From positions 8,246,001 through 8,310,000 of the forward strand of contig CM114271.1 in NCBI GenBank assembly GCA_050084515.1: DNA of 64,000 bases, given 5' to 3'. The translations under genes and the position numbers were made by a program. Under the pieces are notes generated by a model that saw nothing but the letters and a program-made list of their open reading frames with translations, was not told the origin of the DNA and made no database searches. The stretch is from Blasia pusilla. Lineage: Eukaryota. Positions 40,310-51,200 of the stretch are shown here, piece by piece (position 1 is the stretch's first letter; the number at the start of each line of letters is the position of its first letter).

Positions 40310-41200
40310 TTTTAGGATAGATCGGTGAGATCTAGTAGAGCGCCTTTGCGAGTAGTGGAGGACAGACTGAGGAGGTTGAGGATGACCTACTGAGGCCCCG
40401 AAAAACCTGAGAGAGCAGGTTTCCTCTTCGTTTCGGCTCATTTGGAGCCATATGGAGGAACTTACTATTTTAGATAAGTACCATTTTGAGTACATGATCG
40501 ACTTTCTATTTTTGTAAGTGGCCCTTGACCTCCTACATCAGGTCAAGAGCCAAGGAGGTGACTTGGGAGCATAGGTTACCATGGAGAGAGCTTGGGAGAG
40601 GGGATGGGTATAACTCAAGGACAGAGAGCTTGAGAGCTCATTCTCTCTTTGTTGAACCTCTTGGCATGAGGTGGCAGAGCTTGCTTGCCTTGTATGTGTA
40701 ATCCAAGCCTCTCATTAGGAGAGTGGGTTTGGTTTGACATTGAGAGAGACATATGAGAGTGCAAACATGCGAGAACTATGGTGTTGTGAGAGAGATTGGG
40801 TGTTATTTTACCAAGAGAGAATGAATGAGAGACCTTCATGGGGGCGCTTGCTGGTTGCTTGATGTTTGGTGGAGGTTGGAGGACCGTGTTCCCCACTTCA
40901 TGGCACATGGGAGTGCTCACTGGAGCAAGAGCCGTGCGAGTTTGCTATTTTGCTTTCCTGATTTTTTGTACGAGAGAGTGGCACGCGGAAGCGCTGCCCA
41001 ATTTTTGATAGGAATCGAGTATGGGGGCAGATTGCTCCATGCCCGTGCTCTTGGGAGCACATGTAGCTTGCTGATTTGTGTTCTCACATGTTTTAGATTT
41101 TTGTTGGGAGAAATCAGCGCGGAAGCGCTGCCAAATTTTGTATAGGAGAAAGAGACATTGGGCTTTATGACAATCCCCGTCAATTTTTACTGTAATATCT
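40310..41200 (-). repeat. Second, LTR-free copy of the 15885-18186 repeat
   Basis: The reverse complement matches 16150-16560 joined to 17745-18186. Confidence 0.8.
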
Positions 41201-41569
41201 GATTCAAAATATTTTTTGAGACTTTATAGATCATAAAGCTGTGCACTTTGTGCTATAAACAATGTGCAATTTGGAGTTGCAAGCAAAAAGTTAGGGTCAA
41301 TCTTGCAAAATTTCCATTGCTAGGAAATTTTTAGGGTTAAAATTTTCAAACCCTAAACAAGCCGCCGCGCCGGCGGCAGCCATCGCCGTCATATTCATTG
41401 TCAACGGTCCACCGTCCATCGCCGCCACCACTGCCTAGTGCTACATTTAGCCATTGTACACCTTTGGTTCCCATTTCCGCCATTACAGAGTGGAGGGTCT
41501 TCCACGTCAACCCTTGATTCTTTGACTTGCGCCGCCGCCATGCACTTTGTTTGGCTGCCACCATCATTG

Positions 41570-44500
41570 CAGTTTTGTCATCAACTATTGATGGCACATG
41601 ATCTCGGGTTATGGTGTTTTCATTTTCATTTCATGCTGCTATCTTGTGATTGGTAGCCGCTTGACAACGAACGAGTACCGTGCCGTGATGCCCGTAGCCG
41701 CAACACACCGCTGATTGGCGCGTCGTACCGCTCGTGGCCGCACCGCATCATGTCGATCGTGGAGCCTCTCCTTTACTAAGGAGAAGAGCATGTGAATTTT
41801 TGACTGAGGAGGGTATGCCTCCAAGTGTCACACTGCATTCCCGAGTGTCATGCCGTTTGTAGCCGTTTCGTGTTGGTTGTGCTGCATCGGACCGGTGGAC
41901 CTGCACCGCATGTCAAGGAGGTTTGAGCAGCTTCAGTACGAGAGGAGTATGATTTGCTGATTGGAGGAGTTTTCTTCACAACCAAGTTAGGGTCAAGATT
42001 TTTAGTTTCCAAAGAGCGACATTGACTTTATTGTCAGGTTACCCATTCACATGTGAGGGATTTCCAGGTATTGGGAAGTTATTTGGGATATTGGGTTTCG
42101 TGCTGATGCTAAGAGCATTGATGATGTATGGGTTTAGGGGACATAGACCTGTGTGGGATGTCAAGAGTTGAGGATGGTTTTCGATGAAATGATAGATCAA
42201 TTTGCCACAACACGTTGCTTGTTGCCACACAACACACATCTTAGTGAGAGAGTGTAGATTGAGTGCTGCATGTTTAGTTTGAGTGATTGAGGGATTACTC
42301 GCAAGATTGGGAGTGATCGTGTGAGAGGGGCATGAGGGGCATGAAGGCCATCATGGCATCCTCGTGGGATTTTGAGAGGCGAGGTAGTGGACATGAGAGT
42401 AGCTCTGGAGGGTTTACCCGAAGTGGTGCAAGGTTTTGAGGGTCTCCACGTGAGAGACCACCTCGATCTCCTTCTATGTTGTCTTCAGACAAGGGGGAGC
42501 ATGTAGAGGAGTGTGTTAATGATCCACCATACACATTGAGTGGTCCTACTAGTTAGGCATACGAGATGGACGACCGGGGTGGAGGACCGCGTAGGTTTTT
42601 GGGTGTTGTAGGCACTATAGAGCTATACGACTTCATTGCGGAGTTTATAAGTTGGTGTAACTTACAACGGGCTAGGAACTCTAGATAGTTAAACCTGTTT
42701 ACAACATGGAATGGAATGTTCTAGCATTTAGAGGGGGCGCCCATGGACGATTACCATGAGTTATCCCATAGATATGTCGAGGAGATTGAGGCATGGCAAC
42801 TCTACTATGACCCACACTATGTATCAGGGACGGACCGGTTCCCAGATGAGGAGGAGGAGTCAAGAGAGGCTACTTCCTCTTCCACTAGTGATGTTTTAGG
42901 AGGGATGACTTACACTAGAGTAGTTGCACCGTCTAGTCGGGTTTGTTCCCGGTTCAACCCCATGGTTGAGTCCTTTGCTGAGTTGAGGGCGGGCTACCAG
43001 GGGGTACGGACGGAGAAGTTGCGGAGCATCCACGACTTTGATAGGCGCATGGGTGAGAGTTTGCATGAGGCTTACACTCGCTTGGGCTGGTTGATCAACG
43101 TCACTTAGGGGTTGACAGAGGCTCAAGCTATCCAGTAATGATACATGATGCTAGACCAGACTGTGCAGACATGGGTGCGGGAGGGGGTGCTTCTTATGAA
43201 CACCTCCCCTACGTTAAGAGATGTTTTTAGGACCGCCCAAAACATTGAGCGCAACATGGCAGAGGAGAGCGTATGTCGCGACCCTGATGACCAAACGAGC
43301 GGCAAAGCGGAACATTGGAACACTAGCGGGCTCACACTAAGATGGTTTCCGCGTTGGAGTGGTCTCGGAGAAGAGACAAGAGATGAGATGCAAGCGAGGC
43401 TTCGCGTTTCATATGTTATGGTCGCGACTGAGAAAACTGGACCAAACGCGGATCAAGACTCAAGAGGAGTCAAGTCTAGGAAGTGGGTTGCCCAAGGAAG
43501 GAATCCGGATTTGGGACGCCACTAGCGTTTGAGAGTTTCTGACTGTATTTATGGCCATAAATTTTAGTGCCAAGATGCGTTTGGAATGAATAAGGGTGCG
43601 TTGGAAAGCTTATGGAAAGGCGGTTCAGACGCACTAAATATCTATGCAAATGCATATGTAGCAGCTGAGAAACAACTCGAAAACGACTATAAGTAGAGTC
43701 AAATTGAGGGCCATAATGAAAGGCCCGACCATCCTTTTCTAAAGGGGAGGGGTTATTGGAGAACCCCAGAAGTAGTAGTTAGGGGGGAGGTCTCCAAGGA
43801 TGCTTGGGACTCAAACCTCACTTTGGGCGCCACGGGGCGGCTCAAGGGCATGGAACGGATCGGGAGTTTGGAGCTGGGCTTGAAAACGTGAACCAGGTCT
43901 ATTAAGGCGACTTTAGACATCCCTCTTGGATTCCAGCCCGAGACTCAATTACTTGGGTCCCGGTTAGGAACTCGCACGAGGTCCGTTGAACAGTTGGAAC
44001 CGCTAGGCGTGCAAGTGCCGTTTTAGGTTCCTGGACTAACCAGAAAGTATGTTCCAAGTCTTGAAGGACTTGCCATGTTGGGAACCTAGGAAGTAAGGAA
44101 GGTTGAGCTTGATGAGATGCTGAGTTGAGGACTCGGTGAGTTGGAAAGCCGCTTGACCCAAAGCTAGACTAACGTGAGTGCGTTTGGGTACAGGTCGGCG
44201 ATGAGAGCGTGTCCTAAAGAACGTACGCTTCCACAATACTAGAGATTGACGTTCAAGTAGAGTAGGCGCACGACAACATAGCCATCATGGGTTCAGGGTG
44301 AGAGCAGTCACGATTTTCTGCACCACCTATGTAGCAACGTGGACTCCGAGATAGGTCGACTGTGGCACCACAAGCTCAAGGAGGATGTCAGGAGGCCATG
44401 CCACAGAGACCCGCGCCTTCATATGCGGCTCAGCAGCAGCCGCTTATAATTACTTGTTGGTCCTGTGGTGGAGCCCATCATTAGCGCGATTGCACTCGTC

Positions 44501-46231
44501 AGGGTCATGGATGTGTGCCTCAGCATGGCGGAGGAGATGGTGCTACATTAGGAGGTTATCAGTGTGACTATTTTCAGAGGTATGGTCACACACGCGCCAG
44601 GTGTTTCAATTTACACCTAGAGTTACGTACAGACCGAGGGCCAGAGAGGGCACCAAAGCGAGTAGCCGGTGCGGGTGGCCTACAGATTGTGCACCAAGTG
44701 GTCTCGTTGGGGGACGAGGAGCTGGAGTTTCTTGACAGGATGGTGGAGCTTCTTGTGGAGGAGGTAGAGTCCCACCACCTAGATGCATTGAGGGAGACGT
44801 CTGGCATGAGGCTGGGATGGTTGCTCAGATACAACAGCTACAGGAGCAAATTGGCACTATGGCATTGAGGTTAGCCAATGCCGGATCTGTCGCATCGACA
44901 TCATATGGAGAAGCCGGAGATATGGAGGATCTTGGTTGGATGTGCGGGGTAGCCCAGATGGAGGCCACCGCAGTTGTGACGCATGGAGCAACCGTAGAGT
45001 TGGATCCACAGCAAGGGGAAGCCAAGAAACAGACCAGGCTTCCTCAGTCTTTCACGTTGTCCAAGGCAATGAGGACGCCATCGATGGGTCCTGATCAGAG
45101 TTCTTGGAGAGTTGGTGATGTTGTTGGTATGTAGATATGGAGGGCGATGGGAGAAGCAAGTGCGATGACTCTTATTGTTGATCCTCAAGAGGGGCATGTG
45201 TTGAGCACATTGTTGGAGGCGGCCACCGTTGTGTGGTGCGCTCCTTTATTTTCTGCTTTCAATGTTAGGACGTTGGGAGGTACACTCATCCAAGTTTTTT
45301 GGTTGGCGGCTACGCTATGTGAGCGTGGAGTTGGAGTTCATGCATCACATTCAGAGGTGATTGCAGAGGAGGTGATGGATCTGCCCTTGGAGCTGATGCT
45401 CGGGCCGTCCATATAGATTCATGGCAGGCTTCGGTTGCTAGGATGGCAGAGATGCCCGCTAGACCCGCGATAGAGCATGCAATGGATTCTCCTGGTGTTG
45501 TTTTGCTGGATAATTGGGTAGAGGTCTTCCAGTTGGTGAGTCCATGAGGTAGAGCTTTTAGTCCGCAACGCGTCTTGTTGGATTTAAGAGCACAACCCCT
45601 GATATTCGAGAAAGCGTCATTCAGAGGATTGGGCTTGACGAGAGCAGATGTGGAGTGTTGTCCATTCGGGATACATAAATCCTTAGTTGGAGCGAGTACA
45701 ACATAGTATATCATCCGACAGAAGTTCATGGTGAGGAATCTCCCGGGACATCCTACATATGAGTCTGTGGTGCAAGCCAAGGCGATAGTGATTGATGCAG
45801 AGTCCTACGACGTCTTGGTTGGTAGAGCAGTGTTATATCCGATGGGGTTCTCCCTGGATTATTGGGAGGAGTATGCGTCCTACAGACTAAGATGGCTCAT
45901 TACCTGTTTGATTCACAGGTGCAATGATCGAACGACGGCAAGGAGAGATGGCGACCTTAGCAAGATTTAGTAGTGCTATCACTTGGCCTAGTGATTTGAT
46001 TGAGGGACATGTCCATGCAGAGGATACTCCCGTTTGTGATATTTCTATGGAGAGGAGTGTCATGGTAGCCGCATCAATCCGTGGAGGAGAGGTGCTGCTT
46101 TGGGGCTCCACTGAGGAGCTTCGACGCTTAGCCACTGAGCATGTGCATACTGCGTGGAGGTAGACGTTTGCTCTAGAGTGTGACGGGTTAGAGGAACCCC
46201 AAGTAGGCAGAAGTACTGCTATGACCCCTTT
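41570..46231 (+). mobile_element. Ty3/gypsy family M, copy A (leader, gag, zinc knuckles, protease, linker), truncated just before the methyltransferase
   Basis: Collinear inverted homology to 50445-54187. gag-like 42560-44620 and protease RVLLDLRAQPL..YDVLVG (~45570-45830). Ends at AMTP. Confidence 0.85.
43274..44275 (+). mobile_element. Solo LTR of the chromovirus family inserted in gag of copy A
   Basis: tgtcgcg...cacgaca termini. Degenerate TSD gcgta/acata. The empty site is visible in copy B at ~52455-52470. Confidence 0.92.
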
Positions 46232-47340
46232 TGCTAAGCTCAGATCAGCTGTACCATCAATGTTAAGAAGGTGAAATGATGCACAATTACGCACATGGTC
46301 CTTCCAAGCCATACCATCGCGTCCCTCCAATAAGAGAACACCATATGATAAAACCTCATGCACTCTCAAGATAGTGCACCTTGCAGTCACATCCAACATC
46401 GTGGATGCCATCAACTGTAAGTGGACATAGTCTCCCTGATGAAACCTCCGAATAGTAGGTCCATAACCACCTCCCCAAATAGTCTTATACCTCAACTTAT
46501 CTTGATGCTGCGCAATCGCCAAGTTCTCCAACGCCATGGGCATCACTCTCCAAGACAACTCAGCCCTTTGAGAACATTCTTGCATCCACACATCAGACTC
46601 ATCAAGGTTCAACATCTCATCAACATCTTGACAAATGGCCGTAGGTAAATCCAGCCCTTGGCCATAAAGTAGCAAGTACGGTGAGAAAGACGCTAAGGAT
46701 GCCTGCTTTGAATCTTTATCCCATCACCAACCACAATAATTGGAGGTCTTAATCTACTATGTGACCTCTCTGCAAGCCATAGTTGCGTAATCCTCTCTTC
46801 ATCGTCTACACAACCCTCTCCGTTATTCCATCCGCCTTAGGATGATCTCGTGAAATGGTGCGGTGGTCGATTAGAGCCTGATCACACAGGGCCTGAAACT
46901 CTTAGTGAAAATTTGTGCCTTGGTCTGTCAAGACCTCAGTTGGTGCATCGAAATGACTCAGCACTCAATCTAGGAACGTATACGCTACTCCCTCACTTGC
47001 TTTGTTAGGCAATGCAACCAACTCTATCGACTTCGAGAAGTGCTCGACCATCACCAACATATAACGACTATGGCACTTCGTCAAAGATAAAGATCATGCA
47101 AAATGCAAAATCCATCTATAACCTAAACCCATGATTGGAAGTGGATGCAACTATGGAGTCGAAGCATTGAAGGATGCCCAAACCCTATCACACACCATGC
47201 ATCTTGCAACAAATTGTTGAACGTCAGTCTGCATGCCTTGCCACCAATATTGTATCTAGAGCAAGTTGTACGTCTGCTTCACTCCAAAATGACCCAACTC
47301 CTCATGGGCATGGCACACCAAACGTGCTCTTTGTGAAGGA
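46232..47340 (-). pseudogene. pol: Copy B integrase
   Basis: HAHEELGHFG..YWW..CMVC (HHCC), EVLTDQGTNF core and SPYLLLYG. Confidence 0.9.
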
Positions 47341-47689
47341 TGAGGCACTACACATTCTCTACCATCCTCCCAAACTCGCAACCCATGTGTCTCCTCCCAC
47401 CAGAACCATCTCGCTCGCTGTAGGATCCGATCCCGCTCTCTAGCACCCACTGTGCTCGCTACGCTCCTAATACGCAAGTACCCCAAGATTTCTCCATCGT
47501 CGTGAATATCTTGACCCCCTATCGTCTCCTCACCGGCCTCTGGATCTAAGGACTCTCCATCAGACCTCACCATTGAAGTCTCAGCAATTAGGCTCTCTAA
47601 TGCCAACAAGCCCAAATAGGCTAACGCGTGCCATCTTGGCACCAACTCCTCATCACTCTCCCCATGCCAACGACCTCCAGTTGCATATC

Positions 47690-49090
47690 GCTGACTCGGG
47701 CATGGATTATGGCTGAAACCACATGCATCCTTGTTGAGTGTCCCAAGTCTATGCACCACCTGGAAATCATTCTCCTGCAACAACAGAGCCCACCTCGCAA
47801 GCTTCCCTATAAGCTTTTCAAAGTGCATCAACCACTTAAGTGGCTGATGATGAGTAATAATGGTTAAGGGGTTGCTAAATAAATAACATCTGAAATATGC
47901 CATTGCCCACACTGCAGCCAAGCACTCACCCTCATACGAGCTATACTTTGCCTCTACAGCGTTGTTCGAGCAACCAACGTAAGCCCCTACAAAATTTCTA
48001 CCCTAATCGTCATGCTTGGTGAGCATGGCTCCAAGCCCCAACATGCTCCAATTGGTATGCAACTAGAAAGGACGCCCCATGATGGTCTCCTCAGTATGGG
48101 GGTGGATATCAATCTGTCCTTCAGCAGTTGAAATGCTCTCTCTTGCTTATCCCTCCAATGCCACTCGTGATCCACCTTAGTCAAGAAGGTTAGCAACTTT
48201 GCAATCAAATTGAAACCCTTCACATACCAAGTTCACCAATCTGATGAATGCACGAACTCGACTCACATGTATAGGATGTGGAATGCATGAAATAGCCTTT
48301 ATCTTTGTCAGATGCATACCAAGGCCATCTGGGTATATTGTGTGACCCTGGTACTCAATCTGGTTGTAGAAGAACTTGCACTTACTTGGATATAGCTTCA
48401 ACCCATGTAATTACAATTGTCAAAATACCTCCTCTAGATGTCACTCATGCTCCTCAATGGTGGCGCTAAAGACTACGATGTCATTAATATAACACCTTGC
48501 CAAATCCAGACCTCCCAAGGTCCTATCCACGACCCTCTGAAATTCAGTTGGGTGTTCTTTAACCCAAATGGTAAGAACCATCACTGGTACAAACAATCCT
48601 TCCCATGAGGATCAATGTTCGAAAATGCAGTCTTCTGCCTATCCTCCAATCTGATAGGCAACTGATAGTATATGGTTTTAAGATCTAACAAACTGAAGAC
48701 CTTTACATGCCCAATAGCATCAAAGATCTCCTCAGGGATTAGCATGACATACCTATCGGACTTCATCTATGGATTGATAGGCCGGTAATCTCCACACATC
48801 TGCCTATACGTCCTGTTGCCATGCATATCCTTCTTGGCGGGCATGACAGTGAAATATGCATACTCTCCATGCAACATCTCCACTAGTCCAACTCCAACCA
48901 AGTCTTGGCTCCTACTATGAATCAGAGCCCTCTCCATATTACTGTACCTGTAGGATCATCCGAAGATTGGCGTGTCACTCGACAACTCAATGCGAATCCT
49001 TGGTCCCTTCAATGTATCCAAATCATGCATACTAAATGCAAAAGAACTCCTATTTCTCCTAAGGAACTGATGTGCCGCTCTCCTCTTGTC
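47690..49090 (-). pseudogene. pol: Copy B reverse transcriptase and RNase H
   Basis: MCGDYRPIN, FSLLDLKTIYYQL, LPFGLKN, CYINDIVVFS (YIDD decayed), and AAVWAMAYFRCYLFSNPLTIITHHQPLKWL. Confidence 0.92.
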
Positions 49091-49439
49091 AACTTAGGGC
49101 CCATATCTGGCTCCCAAGTCTCCATCGCGACTACGGTAGGACTCTCCAAAGCGGGTATCGGTAGTTGCTATGATGCAACTCCGTCTCGCACAATAAAACT
49201 TGCCTGCTCCTCTACATCCAACTGCAAAATCTGATCTCCTCCATGTGAAGAAACCAAAACTACGCTCGATGTCATGGCTGCCATCTCTCGGCATACCTAG
49301 AAAATATCCCAAGAAGTCCACAGATATCTATCCTTATCACCCTTGGTGTATTGATCTCCTCGGGTCTCACCCCCAACCACTGCCTCAACTATCTCGGTAG
49401 GCATAGGGCTCATCAATGTAACAATTAGGATCTGTCATA

Positions 49440-50410
49440 ACCTCAAAAGATGTTGCTCAGCTACTCCGAAGCTGATAATCCATGTCAAGAAATTCAGGTC
49501 CATCGAATGACTCAAGACATGTCGGCGTGATGCCTCTTATAGTGATGGTATTGCCGTCACTCCTATAGGGAATCCCATTGTTCCCTCTCGCTCATCGGCA
49601 TTGGGCTCCACCAATCGCTATACTAGGTCATTCCAAACCAAGCTATGTCTGGCCTCCTTGAATACATAGGAAGCTGGAAAACTCAAAAAAATGGGAAAGG
49701 CTACCCGTGGCATGCCAATTCTATCGACCATAATCAACGGCCATCGACCATCATGCCTCATTGCCTATGATCGACGACGTGCATCCAGAATAGAATCCAC
49801 CAACAAATCAGAGGGGCGCTCCACTCTCGCATAAGCCCTCCGCAAAACCTCATGTGGCACCAAGTTGGTCCACCAAAGATGTGGGCGATGTGCTCGAGAA
49901 CTTACACTGGCTGCATCCAACAACATTGTTGGGCCAATCCATAGGTGCACTTGATGTGTACTTGTCAGCACTCCGGATCGCGAATCGCCCAAAATCGGCA
50001 AATTCTCCACAATGTATGCTGGAGAACATGACTGATGCTTCTGCGAGTGTCGCAAGATCTCCCAAAACAACCTGGATTGAGTGTCAAGCAACCCGCTACC
50101 TTGTCCAACACTTGACTAGCCCTAACACAACCAACAAGCAATGACCAAATCTATGGTCCCTACCCGCTCCAAGTCCTACGCCCCTAGCAGTGAAATGTCC
50201 CTCGCTAGGGAACTCAGGTATCCCTGTACGGCGGATGTATACAACAAGTTGAGAAATTGGAGGCATAACTCCGCCACATGGTGAAGTGAAGCTCGCCTCG
50301 CAACATCATCAATCTTAAGATACAAGTACTGTTGTACATGCACTTATGTGTGCAAAACAATAGCTAAGCAAGTGCTAATCCCTCCAAAGAGATCCCACAC
50401 GCAAGTACCC
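49440..50410 (-). pseudogene. DNMT3-like C5 cytosine DNA methyltransferase domain embedded in gypsy Pol (inactivated)
   Basis: One reading frame with 7 stops: I VWDLFGGIST; II YLYLKID; III RDISLL; IV IDLVIACWLC*G*S; V GLLDTQSRLFWE; VI YIVENL; VIII LLDAASVSSRAHRPHLWWTNL; IX EPNADEREGTMGFPIGVT; X SRRHVLSHSMD. Confidence 0.9.
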
Positions 50411-50779
50411 TCCTCGAGGATGTGCCACACACTTGGGGTGGTGTCCAAAGGGGTCATAGTAGCACTCTCCGCTACCTCGGACCCAACACGCTTTGGTGCA
50501 AATCCCTCATTCCACGCCGTTTGTACATGCTCATCGGCCAAGCGTTGGAGCTCCTCACTCGAGCCCCACAGCGGCACCTCTCCTCCACGGAATGATGTGG
50601 CTACCATAACACTCCTCTCCCTAGAAGTGTCAGATGTGGGGGTGTGCTCTGCATGCTCATACCCCTCAATCAAGTCACAAGGCCACGTGATGGCGTTGCT
50701 GAATGCGGCTAATGCGCCATTTCTCTTGGCTGTCGCTCGATCACTCCACCCGTGAATCAAAGAGGTAATGAGCTAGGTT

Positions 50780-51200
50780 GCCCATCACCTGATTGCCATC
50801 CTGGTATGTAGGTTGCTGACTCCTCCTAGTAATCCAAGGGAAACCCCATCAGGTACAACACTACTCCACCAACCAAGACGTCATAGGACTCGACATCGGT
50901 CACTATCGCCTTGGCTCACACCATGGAATCATTTGTAGGATGTCCTAGGTGAATCCTCACCACGACCTCCTATTGGGTGATAAACTATGTGGTACTTGCT
51001 CCAGCCAAGAATGTATGTATCTTGAATGGACAACGCTCCACAGTAGCCCTCGTCAGGCCCAAATTTGTGAATGTCGCTTTCCCCAACATCAAGGGTTGCG
51101 CTCCTAAATTTAACAAGATACATTGCGGAAAAAAAAATCTACCTCTTAGACTAACCAAATGAAATACCTCTCCCTAGTTATCTAGGAACAAAACACATGG
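50780..51200 (-). pseudogene. pol: Copy B aspartic protease
   Basis: ILLNLGAQPLMLGK (decayed D-S-G-A site) and SYDVLVGGVVLY. Homologous to copy A 45500-45880. Confidence 0.8.

Noticed and set aside
41347-41358. aaaccctaa telomere-like motifs (also ~14462, ~25218)
   Set aside because: Single units only, not arrays.
49440-50410. MTase as a host DRM/DNMT3 gene or bacterial restriction-modification contaminant
   Set aside because: It is intronless, lacks the DRM motif permutation, runs in frame into the RT region, and is as decayed as the surrounding Pol.
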